Shown here piece after piece: positions 28,251 through 36,356 of a stretch of 64,000 nucleotides of DNA. The position numbers were made by a program, and so were the translations under genes. The stretch is taken from IMG/VR virus record IMGVR_UViG_3300045988_131126; one strand, written 5' to 3'. The notes under the pieces were generated by a model. The model was not told the DNA's origin. It saw nothing but the letters and a program-made list of their open reading frames with translations, and searched no databases. The DNA comes from a virus. How positions within the stretch are numbered: the first letter of the stretch is position 1; each line of letters begins with the position of its first letter.

Positions 28251-29501
28251 TTAAGCTACACCAATCTGATTAAATTCTTTCATCTTATTGATAAGAGCTG
28301 TAGTTACATTGAACTTAGCCTTATAGTTTTCTGGTTCTCCAGAATCATTAATAAGAGTCATAAGTGCTTTATAACCCTCAGTAATAAATACTTCCTGAAG
28401 TTCAGGATTTTCTTGAAGTTTCTGTTTAAAGTTCTTCTGAGCAAATTTCATATCAGATCTATCTCCGAAGTATAGATATGCACCTGCTCCATTTACATAT
28501 CCTAATTCTTTCATAGTATAGAATAGAGATAGATCTTTATCAAATCCTTTCTCGTAATCAAATACCAATGTGATACTATTACCGGCTGCAGAAGTTCTTG
28601 ATTTCATAATAGTAAGAGTTACTAAAGAACCTCTAATACAGAATCCTTCTGTAGGTTTCATCTTAGAATGGTCATCCATTCTAATAATAAGATTTGATAC
28701 ATATAATGCTACCTTACCACCACCAACTCTTTCGCCTGGCTTAAGATAAGCTAACTGCTGTTGTTTCTTAGCAAATGGATTAATATCTACATCGTCTAAG
28801 ATATGGTTAATACAAAGAAGAATAATATTTGCAGATTTAAGCAATGCGATAATTCTTCTAAAGATAGCTGAATTAGTTTTAGCAGATGCCGTTGTAGACA
28901 TCTGGCCAGATAATTCGTCTTCGTTTGCATATTGATCTGGCATAAGCATTCCCAATGAGTCTAAGACATATATAGTAGGTTCAAATTTATATATCTTTTC
29001 TCCATTAGTATCAAGTAAGCCAGTGTCATACATATACTCATCTTTTGATTCAATTTTTAAATCATGAACCATTTTAATACGTTCAAAGAAGTTCTCTGCT
29101 GTAACACCAGAATTTCTGATAATCATTCTATCTTTAAACTCTTTCCCATAGAAACCCGTAAGGTTTTCGATACGTGTTTCTACAATACCACCCTCGATAC
29201 TATCATAATATATACATGAAGTTTCAAAAGGTCTAATAATTTCACCTGCGGCTTGCACACAGAAAGTAGTTTTACCGCAACCGGATCTTCCGATTACAGT
29301 AGCCATAGAACCATCCACGATTCCGATACTATTATATGTAAATTTCATGTCATCTTTTTGTACATGAACTACTACGCCGTTTAAGAAATCAAAAGCCAAA
29401 AATCCAGTAGGATAAGATACATCTGAATCAGACTCTCTAGACATTCTAATATCTTTTGATTTACTAACAGTATTTCTAAATTTTTCTGCTAAAAGTCCCA
29501 T
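28251..29501 (-). CDS. RecA/UvsX-like recombinase
   Basis: ..FLAFDFLNG.. then Walker A GRSGCGKTT, Walker B-like IYVLDSLGML, and CINHI (RecA FINQIR-like). 416 aa. Confidence 0.65.
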   Translation of the reverse strand: MGLLAEKFRNTVSKSKDIRMSRESDSDVSYPTGFLAFDFLNGVVVHVQKDDMKFTYNSIGIVDGSMATVIGRSGCGKTTFCVQAAGEIIRPFETSCIYYDSIEGGIVETRIENLTGFYGKEFKDRMIIRNSGVTAENFFERIKMVHDLKIESKDEYMYDTGLLDTNGEKIYKFEPTIYVLDSLGMLMPDQYANEDELSGQMSTTASAKTNSAIFRRIIALLKSANIILLCINHILDDVDINPFAKKQQQLAYLKPGERVGGGKVALYVSNLIIRMDDHSKMKPTEGFCIRGSLVTLTIMKSRTSAAGNSITLVFDYEKGFDKDLSLFYTMKELGYVNGAGAYLYFGDRSDMKFAQKNFKQKLQENPELQEVFITEGYKALMTLINDSGEPENYKAKFNVTTALINKMKEFNQIGVA

Positions 29502-29549
29502 TTATTTTTCCTCCAAATAAATTTATTTTTATTTAGAAGTTATAAATTT

Positions 29550-29593
29550 TATAAAAAATAAAATAGGAAGTGGAGCTTAATTACCCCACTTCC
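29550..29593 (-). terminator. intrinsic terminator after 29610..30680
   Basis: GGAAGTGG/CCACTTCC stem followed by TATTTTATTTTTT on the minus strand. Confidence 0.65.
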
Positions 29594-29609
29594 CGTATAG
29601 TTAGACTTT

Positions 29610-30680
29610 TTATAAAAACAATGGACTGCCATTTTTGATATCAAGATTTCTGATAATCATATCTAATCTTGGAAAATCAGATGGAGCAAAACTTCTTAAA
29701 TTAAATCTCACTGGTCTGTCGATATATAATAATTGCCTATTCTGCGAGTAATTTAATAAAGTTGTATTTAATCCAGCATCGTTCATTTCATTCAGCATAC
29801 TAAATAATGCCAAAGTAATTAAACCATAAATCTCTCTTTTACTTTCTGTCATCGTACTTACATCTTTTACATCATACATGATTCCCTCAAGTAAATCAAT
29901 TGCTTTGATTCTTGAACCACACACCGTATAATAGATAGCAGTAATGAGTCTTTCATATAGTATATTTAATGGTAAGGTCATAATTACATCATTAAGATTT
30001 CTCACACATACCTGAGCATTCAGGCTGGATCTACTAGCTCTTGCTAATCTATTTGCTGTTTTATCGTCAAACGCTCCAAATCCTACCATCTGCTGAATAA
30101 TATCTCTATTTACAACAGATGCAAATGTTGTTAATGCTGAGATCGTAGGTTTTGTATCTCCTTTCTCAACACTTGCAAACTTGATATAATCAGTTACAAG
30201 TTTATTGCAATATACCTTTTCGATATCAGATAACGGCTGAGCATATGCTATCTCAATCATAATCTGAATAACTCTCTGATCTACAAATACATGCACTATA
30301 GATCTATATTTATTATTCGGATCTGGATCCATTACTCTCTCTAAAATATATTTGAAATTTCCACAGATTAAATTTCTTAAATCTGTATCAGATAATCCTC
30401 TATAATTAGCTAACTGAGAGAATAATACATCGTCACTTGTTTGAGTATTAATCATGTTTACCTCCTGATATTCTACTTTCTGTTTTGGCTGAGATTGTAC
30501 CTTTTCAGCGAAATCTGAAAATACATTAATATCTTTAAGTTTTGGATCTTTTGCTTTTACATATTTTCTTGCATCAAAATCTTCCCCTTTTACAGGTTCT
30601 GGATTCTGAATATTCTGTATTACTTGATTGGAAATAAAATCATTTGGTACAAATGTTTCGTTGTTGCTAATTTGATTCAT
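29610..30680 (-). CDS. hypothetical protein
   Basis: 356-aa ORF, SD AGGAGGAG. Preceded by a coupled 21-codon uORF (30677..30742). Confidence 0.6.
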   Translation of the reverse strand: MNQISNNETFVPNDFISNQVIQNIQNPEPVKGEDFDARKYVKAKDPKLKDINVFSDFAEKVQSQPKQKVEYQEVNMINTQTSDDVLFSQLANYRGLSDTDLRNLICGNFKYILERVMDPDPNNKYRSIVHVFVDQRVIQIMIEIAYAQPLSDIEKVYCNKLVTDYIKFASVEKGDTKPTISALTTFASVVNRDIIQQMVGFGAFDDKTANRLARASRSSLNAQVCVRNLNDVIMTLPLNILYERLITAIYYTVCGSRIKAIDLLEGIMYDVKDVSTMTESKREIYGLITLALFSMLNEMNDAGLNTTLLNYSQNRQLLYIDRPVRFNLRSFAPSDFPRLDMIIRNLDIKNGSPLFL

Positions 30681-30759
30681 AGCTCTTCTCCTCCTATTAC
30701 TGTACTGTATATTGAATAAATTCGGTATTTGGGTTTAGTCATAAGTATCTCTCCTTTGT

Positions 30760-30802
30760 TTTTTAAAATTTTAGTGGTAAAGACCATTCCAGCCTTTACC
30801 AC
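30760..30802 (-). terminator. hairpin after the tubulin-like gene
   Basis: GTGGTAAAG/CTTTACCAC 9-bp stem (30774..30802) followed by an A/T tract with TTTT on the minus strand. Confidence 0.5.
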
Positions 30803-30834
30803 TTTTGTGTCACTCTTATAATATATAATCGTGA

Positions 30835-31998
30835 TTAAAATTCATCATCAATCTCTTTAGCTTTTTTATCCTCTGAAAGTTTATTAAAGAAATTAGCTTT
30901 ATCAATAACAGCTTTGTTCTTTTTCTGCGTTCCAATATCAAAGTTGCTATCATCATTGGCAAATGTCTTTTTCTGCATATTACCAAAGAATGTATCTTTA
31001 TCTTTATTTACCATTGCAGTCATTTTCTGATATTTATTATATACAGATTCTACTTCATCCATAGGCATTTTAGAGCCTGCAGAAATAAATGCAATGAATT
31101 GATCCATATCAGATTCATCCTGAATATGCTCAAATTTATCATAGCACTGACCAAATCTTTCAGTAAGAATATCATCATAATCAATATAATCTGTAGAGTC
31201 TTTCTTAATATTGATAATTACTGCCATTCTAGTCTGACTAGGTTCATCAACATCAAGAGTTTTAGAATTATCGATCATATCAATTACGATCTTTCTAAAC
31301 TGCTCTCTATTTTTAATCTTATCTTCAATTACAGCAGATTCAATAACCATATATCCATCTGTAGTAGAGATTTTAAGTAAATCTGTAGGGTCAATATTAT
31401 GATCAGAATCTCTTAACTGTAATCCGATAAGTACAGAAAGCTTTTTGCAGAAATCGATATCTGCTTTTTCTTCTGCTTTAATTCTATTATTATTGCATTC
31501 TGGAAGATATTTTTTAAGTTTAACTGCTTCTGTAGCGAAGTTATTCTGTAATTCTTGGAATATTTCTACAGTGTTCTTTGTTCCTCTTACATCTTCCTGG
31601 AATCCAATAAAGAGAAATACATGTACACTAATACCTAATACTTCTCTAATATATTTTGCAAGTAAAGGAGTAGAACCTGAACCGGTTCCACCTTCAGTAG
31701 AACTTACAAGAACTACTAATTCTGCTTGATCTTCTTTTCCAACACTCAAGAACTCTTCTAATGGAATTGTACCGTCCTGGATTGAATTAGCACATAAGTC
31801 GTAACTCATCTTTCTTTCCTTACCGCATCCGCCATAGCTATTGCTAAATTCGATAGCTGAGCCAGTGTAGTCTTTTGGAATATCTTTAAGAGTACTATTA
31901 ATCAGCATGGTATTTTCTACACTGATAATATCATTTCTAACTGCACAGATAGCAGCTTTGTTTCCTCCAGCACCAATTCCAATTAATTTTGTAATCAT
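30835..31998 (-). CDS. tubulin/FtsZ-superfamily GTPase (PhuZ/TubZ-like)
   Basis: GIGAGGNKA (T1 loop). STEGGTGSGSTP (tubulin signature GGGTGSG-like). Acidic C-terminal tail ..KEIDDEF. SD AAGGAGG. Confidence 0.8.
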   Translation of the reverse strand: MITKLIGIGAGGNKAAICAVRNDIISVENTMLINSTLKDIPKDYTGSAIEFSNSYGGCGKERKMSYDLCANSIQDGTIPLEEFLSVGKEDQAELVVLVSSTEGGTGSGSTPLLAKYIREVLGISVHVFLFIGFQEDVRGTKNTVEIFQELQNNFATEAVKLKKYLPECNNNRIKAEEKADIDFCKKLSVLIGLQLRDSDHNIDPTDLLKISTTDGYMVIESAVIEDKIKNREQFRKIVIDMIDNSKTLDVDEPSQTRMAVIINIKKDSTDYIDYDDILTERFGQCYDKFEHIQDESDMDQFIAFISAGSKMPMDEVESVYNKYQKMTAMVNKDKDTFFGNMQKKTFANDDSNFDIGTQKKNKAVIDKANFFNKLSEDKKAKEIDDEF

Positions 31999-32121
31999 TT
32001 TAAAAGTCCTCCTTATTTATGAATATGACGAATTGATTCATCATTATGGATATGTTTCCATATACTGTAAAATGTAATTTGATGATATATAATACTTATG
32101 AATAAAAGGAGGTGATATAAA

Positions 32122-32223
32122 ATGATTGAGATTATTAGTGTAGAAGACATTGAAGAAACTAAAGATAATAAGGAGGAAAAAGAATGTGAGAAAACCAAAA
32201 GACACTATCAAAATGGCAGATGA
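32122..32223 (+). CDS. possible 33-aa acidic small protein
   Basis: AAAGGAGGTG lies 9 nt before ATG 32122. It overlaps the next gene in another frame, so only one start model may be right. Confidence 0.35.
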   Translation: MIEIISVEDIEETKDNKEEKECEKTKRHYQNGR

Positions 32224-32554
32224 ATGCATGGTAATATGTAAAGCTATAAAAGGTGACGAAAGTGAATATATCGTGCGTGTATATGACGACGGACATGTAG
32301 AATTTTTGAAATCCTTAGATTGTATGTGGTCGTTAGTCATTACGCCTAGATATATAGTAGACAAATATTTTAAAAATATAGCTAAATATATTCTTGATTA
32401 TAATTATAACTTAAGCTCCACAAGCAAAATTATTAAATTCGTAATTATACCAGTTACGAGTATTACTTTGTCCACAAAACGTAACGTTATAATGAGTAAA
32501 GGATACATAGATTCTTTAGAAAAATCTATTAACGCTAAACCGAAAAATAAATAA
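32186..32554 (+). CDS. small hypothetical protein, paralogue 1 of 3 (start uncertain: GTG 32186 or ATG 32213)
   Basis: AAGGAGG lies 9 nt before GTG 32186. Shares ..ICKAIKGDESEYIVRVYDDGHVEFLKSLD with the next two genes. Confidence 0.5.
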   Translation: MRKPKDTIKMADECMVICKAIKGDESEYIVRVYDDGHVEFLKSLDCMWSLVITPRYIVDKYFKNIAKYILDYNYNLSSTSKIIKFVIIPVTSITLSTKRNVIMSKGYIDSLEKSINAKPKNK

Positions 32555-32568
32555 AGGAGAAAATAAAA

Positions 32569-33264
32569 ATGATTAAAAACAATGATTCAATCGCTACCAC
32601 AGGAAAAGGAAAAGATGAAAAATGTCATACAATTCAGGAATGCAAAGATTGCTTAAAAAGTTCAAACTTAATAAAGAAGTACAAAATAGATCCGAACGAT
32701 GATAGTAGTATAGAAAAGCATGTACGTCTAATGATCGATGATGCGAAGGAGCAATTTGGGAATACTTTAACAGATGATCAAGCTATGAGCTTGGTATACG
32801 ATAGAATAGTACAAGCGGACCGTAATTGCATAATGTATGGTAATAATAATCCGCATTCAACATTAGGAAGTCTCGGACCATTCCCTCAGTATCACCCATA
32901 TGGAACCGAGTTCGGATATTATCATCCATTAACGACACCACCATTATTTAATAATTACAAGGATTCTTTTCCTGAAGAAGAAAGATCATTTTATGGAAAG
33001 TTTAATACGATAAAAATGGTGTTAGAATCTGGAGATGAATATTACATCTGTGCATATAATAATGGGAATGTATATGAAAGCAAGGATTTCAATTCAGCCG
33101 CTTTATACCGTACAAGTAATTTATTAGAATACATGGGTGCTATATTTGAATTTGTTAAATCTTTTAATGATGATTCAGAAGACAAAGTCAAGGTAGTACT
33201 TAATATTGCAGTAAATATTAACCCGTCAAGTAATATTTCAAGAATTTATGAAAAGGAGAATTAA
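32569..33264 (+). CDS. small hypothetical protein, paralogue 2 of 3
   Basis: SD AAAGGAGAA. C-terminal ..IKMVLESGDEYYICAYNNGNVYESKDF. Confidence 0.6.
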   Translation: MIKNNDSIATTGKGKDEKCHTIQECKDCLKSSNLIKKYKIDPNDDSSIEKHVRLMIDDAKEQFGNTLTDDQAMSLVYDRIVQADRNCIMYGNNNPHSTLGSLGPFPQYHPYGTEFGYYHPLTTPPLFNNYKDSFPEEERSFYGKFNTIKMVLESGDEYYICAYNNGNVYESKDFNSAALYRTSNLLEYMGAIFEFVKSFNDDSEDKVKVVLNIAVNINPSSNISRIYEKEN

Positions 33265-33268
33265 GAAC

Positions 33269-33697
33269 ATGAAAAAAGACAATTATAGCTATTTTTGTCG
33301 CGATCTAGGTTCATGCCAATCAAAAGAAAATACTAATGTGGAATATCAATATCCGCCAGCAATGACAAATTTTCCTCCCGTATATAAATCACCATACCTG
33401 TCAATTTCTGATTTAGGATGTAATGATTTTTTATCCGGAGAGTTAAGTATAATAAAAGTAAAATTAAGATCCGGAGTAGAAAGATTCGTTTGTATGAATA
33501 ATGATACGAAAGTTTATTTATCTGAAAGGTTTACATTAGATGCTTTATTTTATAACGAAGAGTTATTATCTTGCATCCCATTAGTAAATGATTTTGTTAT
33601 TAGATATGATAAGGAGAATACGGATAATAAAATAGTATTATGTGGTATTATGGATTTATTTATTTCATACGCCTCTAAGATGCTTTTATACAAATAA
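33269..33697 (+). CDS. small hypothetical protein, paralogue 3 of 3
   Basis: Start moved to ATG 33269 (AAAGGAGAA upstream). ..IKVKLRSGVERFVCMNNDTKVYLSERF. Confidence 0.6.
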   Translation: MKKDNYSYFCRDLGSCQSKENTNVEYQYPPAMTNFPPVYKSPYLSISDLGCNDFLSGELSIIKVKLRSGVERFVCMNNDTKVYLSERFTLDALFYNEELLSCIPLVNDFVIRYDKENTDNKIVLCGIMDLFISYASKMLLYK

Positions 33698-33706
33698 GGC
33701 AATAAT

Positions 33707-33738
33707 ATGGGTAGTAAGGAATTTTCCTTACTACCCAT
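33707..33738. terminator. hairpin between convergent genes
   Basis: 13-bp stem ATGGGTAGTAAGG/CCTTACTACCCAT, with a T-run on the plus side. Confidence 0.6.
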
Positions 33739-33742
33739 TATT

Positions 33743-33856
33743 TTATTTTTTATCTTTTTCGTCTTTCTCTTCTTTTTCAGATTCGTTTAAAGGCTGGTCT
33801 GGATAATCAAATACTCCTAATCCTAAATCGCCTTGTTCTGTAATAACCTGTGCCAT
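33743..33856 (-). CDS. 37-aa acidic small protein (below ORF-track cutoff)
   Basis: AAGGAGGTG lies 5 nt before the ATG. MAQVITEQGDLGLGVFDYPDQPLNESEKEEKDEKDKK. The stop abuts the terminator hairpin. Confidence 0.5.
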   Translation of the reverse strand: MAQVITEQGDLGLGVFDYPDQPLNESEKEEKDEKDKK

Positions 33857-33876
33857 AATTACACCTCCTTTACATA

Positions 33877-34608
33877 TTATGATCTTGTTACGAGATTTTT
33901 CTTTTTACGTAAAGAATAATATGTATAATTATCTTTATCAATAAGATTAGACGTAATATGAGCACCTAGTAAGTAAGTATTTAAAAGGTTCTTAGAAGAA
34001 GCTCCATCTACAGACTTAGGTATATCTTTTAACTTAAACATACCTGTGCTACTAATTTGATTATACATATAGTTTTTAGCTTGCATATCGTCACCTCTAG
34101 ACCCAGCAAACTCTTCCATAGTATTAGTTAATCCCCAGGATGCTAAAGACTCAAACTCTCTATCTGATGTCAGTGCACCTTTATCTCTACCTACTAATCG
34201 TCCAGTCTTATTATCTCTATTAGCAATACTACTAGACCATTTGTTTTTATGGGTAATAAACTGCTGTACTTTCTTAAGATGTAAATACATTACTGTACAT
34301 TCTTGAGATGCTACAGCTCTACCATTCTTATCTCTGTATAATGCAGGTGTATATATTTTTTCTGTTAAAGGTACATTTATAATCTTCAAAGCTTCTATAA
34401 TATCTGTCATAGAAGGATTTGTAGTACCAGTTCTCATTTGGAATCTTATCGGATATTCTTTCTTCATCCAATTCATGAATTGAGTGTCTGATAATTTACT
34501 AAATAAATCTTTATAATATTTAGTATTAGTACCAGAAGTATCAACTCTATCCATTACTTTTATTATTAAATTCTCCACTTGTTTTCTTTTTTTAGGATCT
34601 AAAGCCAT
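33877..34608 (-). CDS. hypothetical protein
   Basis: 243-aa ORF downstream of the fibre cluster. Confidence 0.55.
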   Translation of the reverse strand: MALDPKKRKQVENLIIKVMDRVDTSGTNTKYYKDLFSKLSDTQFMNWMKKEYPIRFQMRTGTTNPSMTDIIEALKIINVPLTEKIYTPALYRDKNGRAVASQECTVMYLHLKKVQQFITHKNKWSSSIANRDNKTGRLVGRDKGALTSDREFESLASWGLTNTMEEFAGSRGDDMQAKNYMYNQISSTGMFKLKDIPKSVDGASSKNLLNTYLLGAHITSNLIDKDNYTYYSLRKKKNLVTRS

Positions 34609-34614
34609 ATTTTA

Positions 34615-35484
34615 TCACTCCAGTCTTATAGTAGTTTGTCCAAGATGAACATTTGTAGTTCTATATACAGCATATTCTTCAACATATCCACTACTATTTT
34701 CATGATCAAATTTTGTGATTAATTCAAAATCTGCTTCTTCTGAAATAATTGTGAATTTAGGTGCTCCGAATCTTACAGGTAATGCTATATAAATATATTC
34801 CTGTTCTCTTGATACTACAGTAAAACCTTTTTGTTTGTTTTCGGTTAATACTCTACTTAATGAATTAATAAAAGATGAATTAATATCATGAAGTTTTTCT
34901 GTTCCATAATATATATTATTCAAGAATTTAAGTTCTGTTGTTTTAATATCAGAATTGCCATCATCACCTTCGACTCTTAATGTATAAGTCTGTGAGGATG
35001 TAAATGGTCCATCCAATGTTCTACTTCTCTTTGTAATATCAGGAATTTCTACATCATTCAAATATTGTCTTGTAAGTACTCTGAAGTTTGTATCCCATTT
35101 AAGTGTAATAGAATTAATTACACTACCGATCTCTACTATATTAGGAGTTACAGAGAAATTGGTAACTTTAATTGTAGAAGACTGTAATCTAGAGATATCA
35201 TCTCTTAATTTTTTAACTTCTTCTACATCGTTTCTCCAATTTTCCAAATCTTCCTCAGTTATATCTCTTATATAAGACGGAACAGTTGGATCTTTAACAG
35301 ATACTTCTATAACTCCAGAATTTCTTAGTAAATTAACTAATCCAGATAATAATAAATCTACAGTAATACTTTGTGTTTCATCGCTACTAGGATTTTGTAT
35401 AAGCATTTTTTCTTTTCCAGTTATAACTCCTAGTTCATTTAAATCATCTATAGTCTGAGATAATACACTATCATAATTTGCCAT
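34615..35484 (-). CDS. tail-fibre-module protein (weak copy of shared N-terminal anchor)
   Basis: SD AGGAGG. The N-terminus ..MLIQNPSSDETQSITVDLLLSGL aligns with the anchor motif of the four upstream genes. Confidence 0.45.
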   Translation of the reverse strand: MANYDSVLSQTIDDLNELGVITGKEKMLIQNPSSDETQSITVDLLLSGLVNLLRNSGVIEVSVKDPTVPSYIRDITEEDLENWRNDVEEVKKLRDDISRLQSSTIKVTNFSVTPNIVEIGSVINSITLKWDTNFRVLTRQYLNDVEIPDITKRSRTLDGPFTSSQTYTLRVEGDDGNSDIKTTELKFLNNIYYGTEKLHDINSSFINSLSRVLTENKQKGFTVVSREQEYIYIALPVRFGAPKFTIISEEADFELITKFDHENSSGYVEEYAVYRTTNVHLGQTTIRLE

Positions 35485-35566
35485 TATAGAGTCCTCCTAC
35501 TCTCATTATTAATAATTTGTGAAGAAAATTAAACGGAATATAGACGAATCTATATTCCGTTATTAT

Positions 35567-36340
35567 TTAGATATCTGTACGAATGATTACTTCAATAGGT
35601 ATATCTATCTCTGGCTTCCAGTTATAGCCCTTTAATGTAATACTTCCATCTGTTTGTGTACCATGCACAATACCAGCATCGCACCAAGCTTCAACTTGTT
35701 CCAGGGATGCAGTACCTGGAAGCAATACTTCTACATTATTCGTAGCTGTAACTCCGCTTACAGAGATAGTAATTGAAAACGGTGGGTTTCTGTCATTACC
35801 AACCCATCCAGAAGCAGGAAGGTTAGTGCTAATCTTTTTAGATTTTGTAACTACCGTTTTCATAGTATTATCTATTTCTTTAATTTTATTATTTACCGTT
35901 GTATTAAGATTCTCAACCTTCTGATCTGTAGAAGTAGTGTATTGATTAAATTTGGTATTTAATGTTTTCACAGCTTCATTAAGCTGTGCATCTACTTTAT
36001 CAGTAAGATTTGAACTTAATGTATCGAACTTAGTATTTAAGTTCTGAATAGATGCAGAAACTTCATTTGTAAGATTAGTAATATCTTGCTTCATATTTGT
36101 CAAATTAGTTTCTACATTTGAAAATTTGTTGTCTATATAAGTAGCATTGTAATAAACACTATCTTTATCTGGACTGGTTGGATCACCAGCAAAAGCTTCT
36201 CTAAGGCTTTTTAAAGATACTATTCTACAAACTTTATTTATGCCAACAAGAAGTATTGTCTCGTCACTCAACACTGATACAGGTTCAAGATCTTCGAGTC
36301 TTACACCTTCAATTTTGAATTGGTTATTTGTATCTGCCAT
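35567..36340 (-). CDS. tail fibre protein with coiled-coil shaft
   Basis: N-terminal ..TILLVGINKVCRIVSLKSLREAFAGDPTSP..YYNATYIDNKF anchor, then N/T/L-rich heptad segment. Confidence 0.5.
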   Translation of the reverse strand: MADTNNQFKIEGVRLEDLEPVSVLSDETILLVGINKVCRIVSLKSLREAFAGDPTSPDKDSVYYNATYIDNKFSNVETNLTNMKQDITNLTNEVSASIQNLNTKFDTLSSNLTDKVDAQLNEAVKTLNTKFNQYTTSTDQKVENLNTTVNNKIKEIDNTMKTVVTKSKKISTNLPASGWVGNDRNPPFSITISVSGVTATNNVEVLLPGTASLEQVEAWCDAGIVHGTQTDGSITLKGYNWKPEIDIPIEVIIRTDI

Positions 36341-36356
36341 TCAACTTTACTTCCTT

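Noticed and set aside
32013-32364. Minus-strand ORFs 32013..32198 and 32044..32364
   Set aside because: They lie in the divergent promoter region and antisense to SD-supported plus-strand genes. They have no SD and are low complexity.
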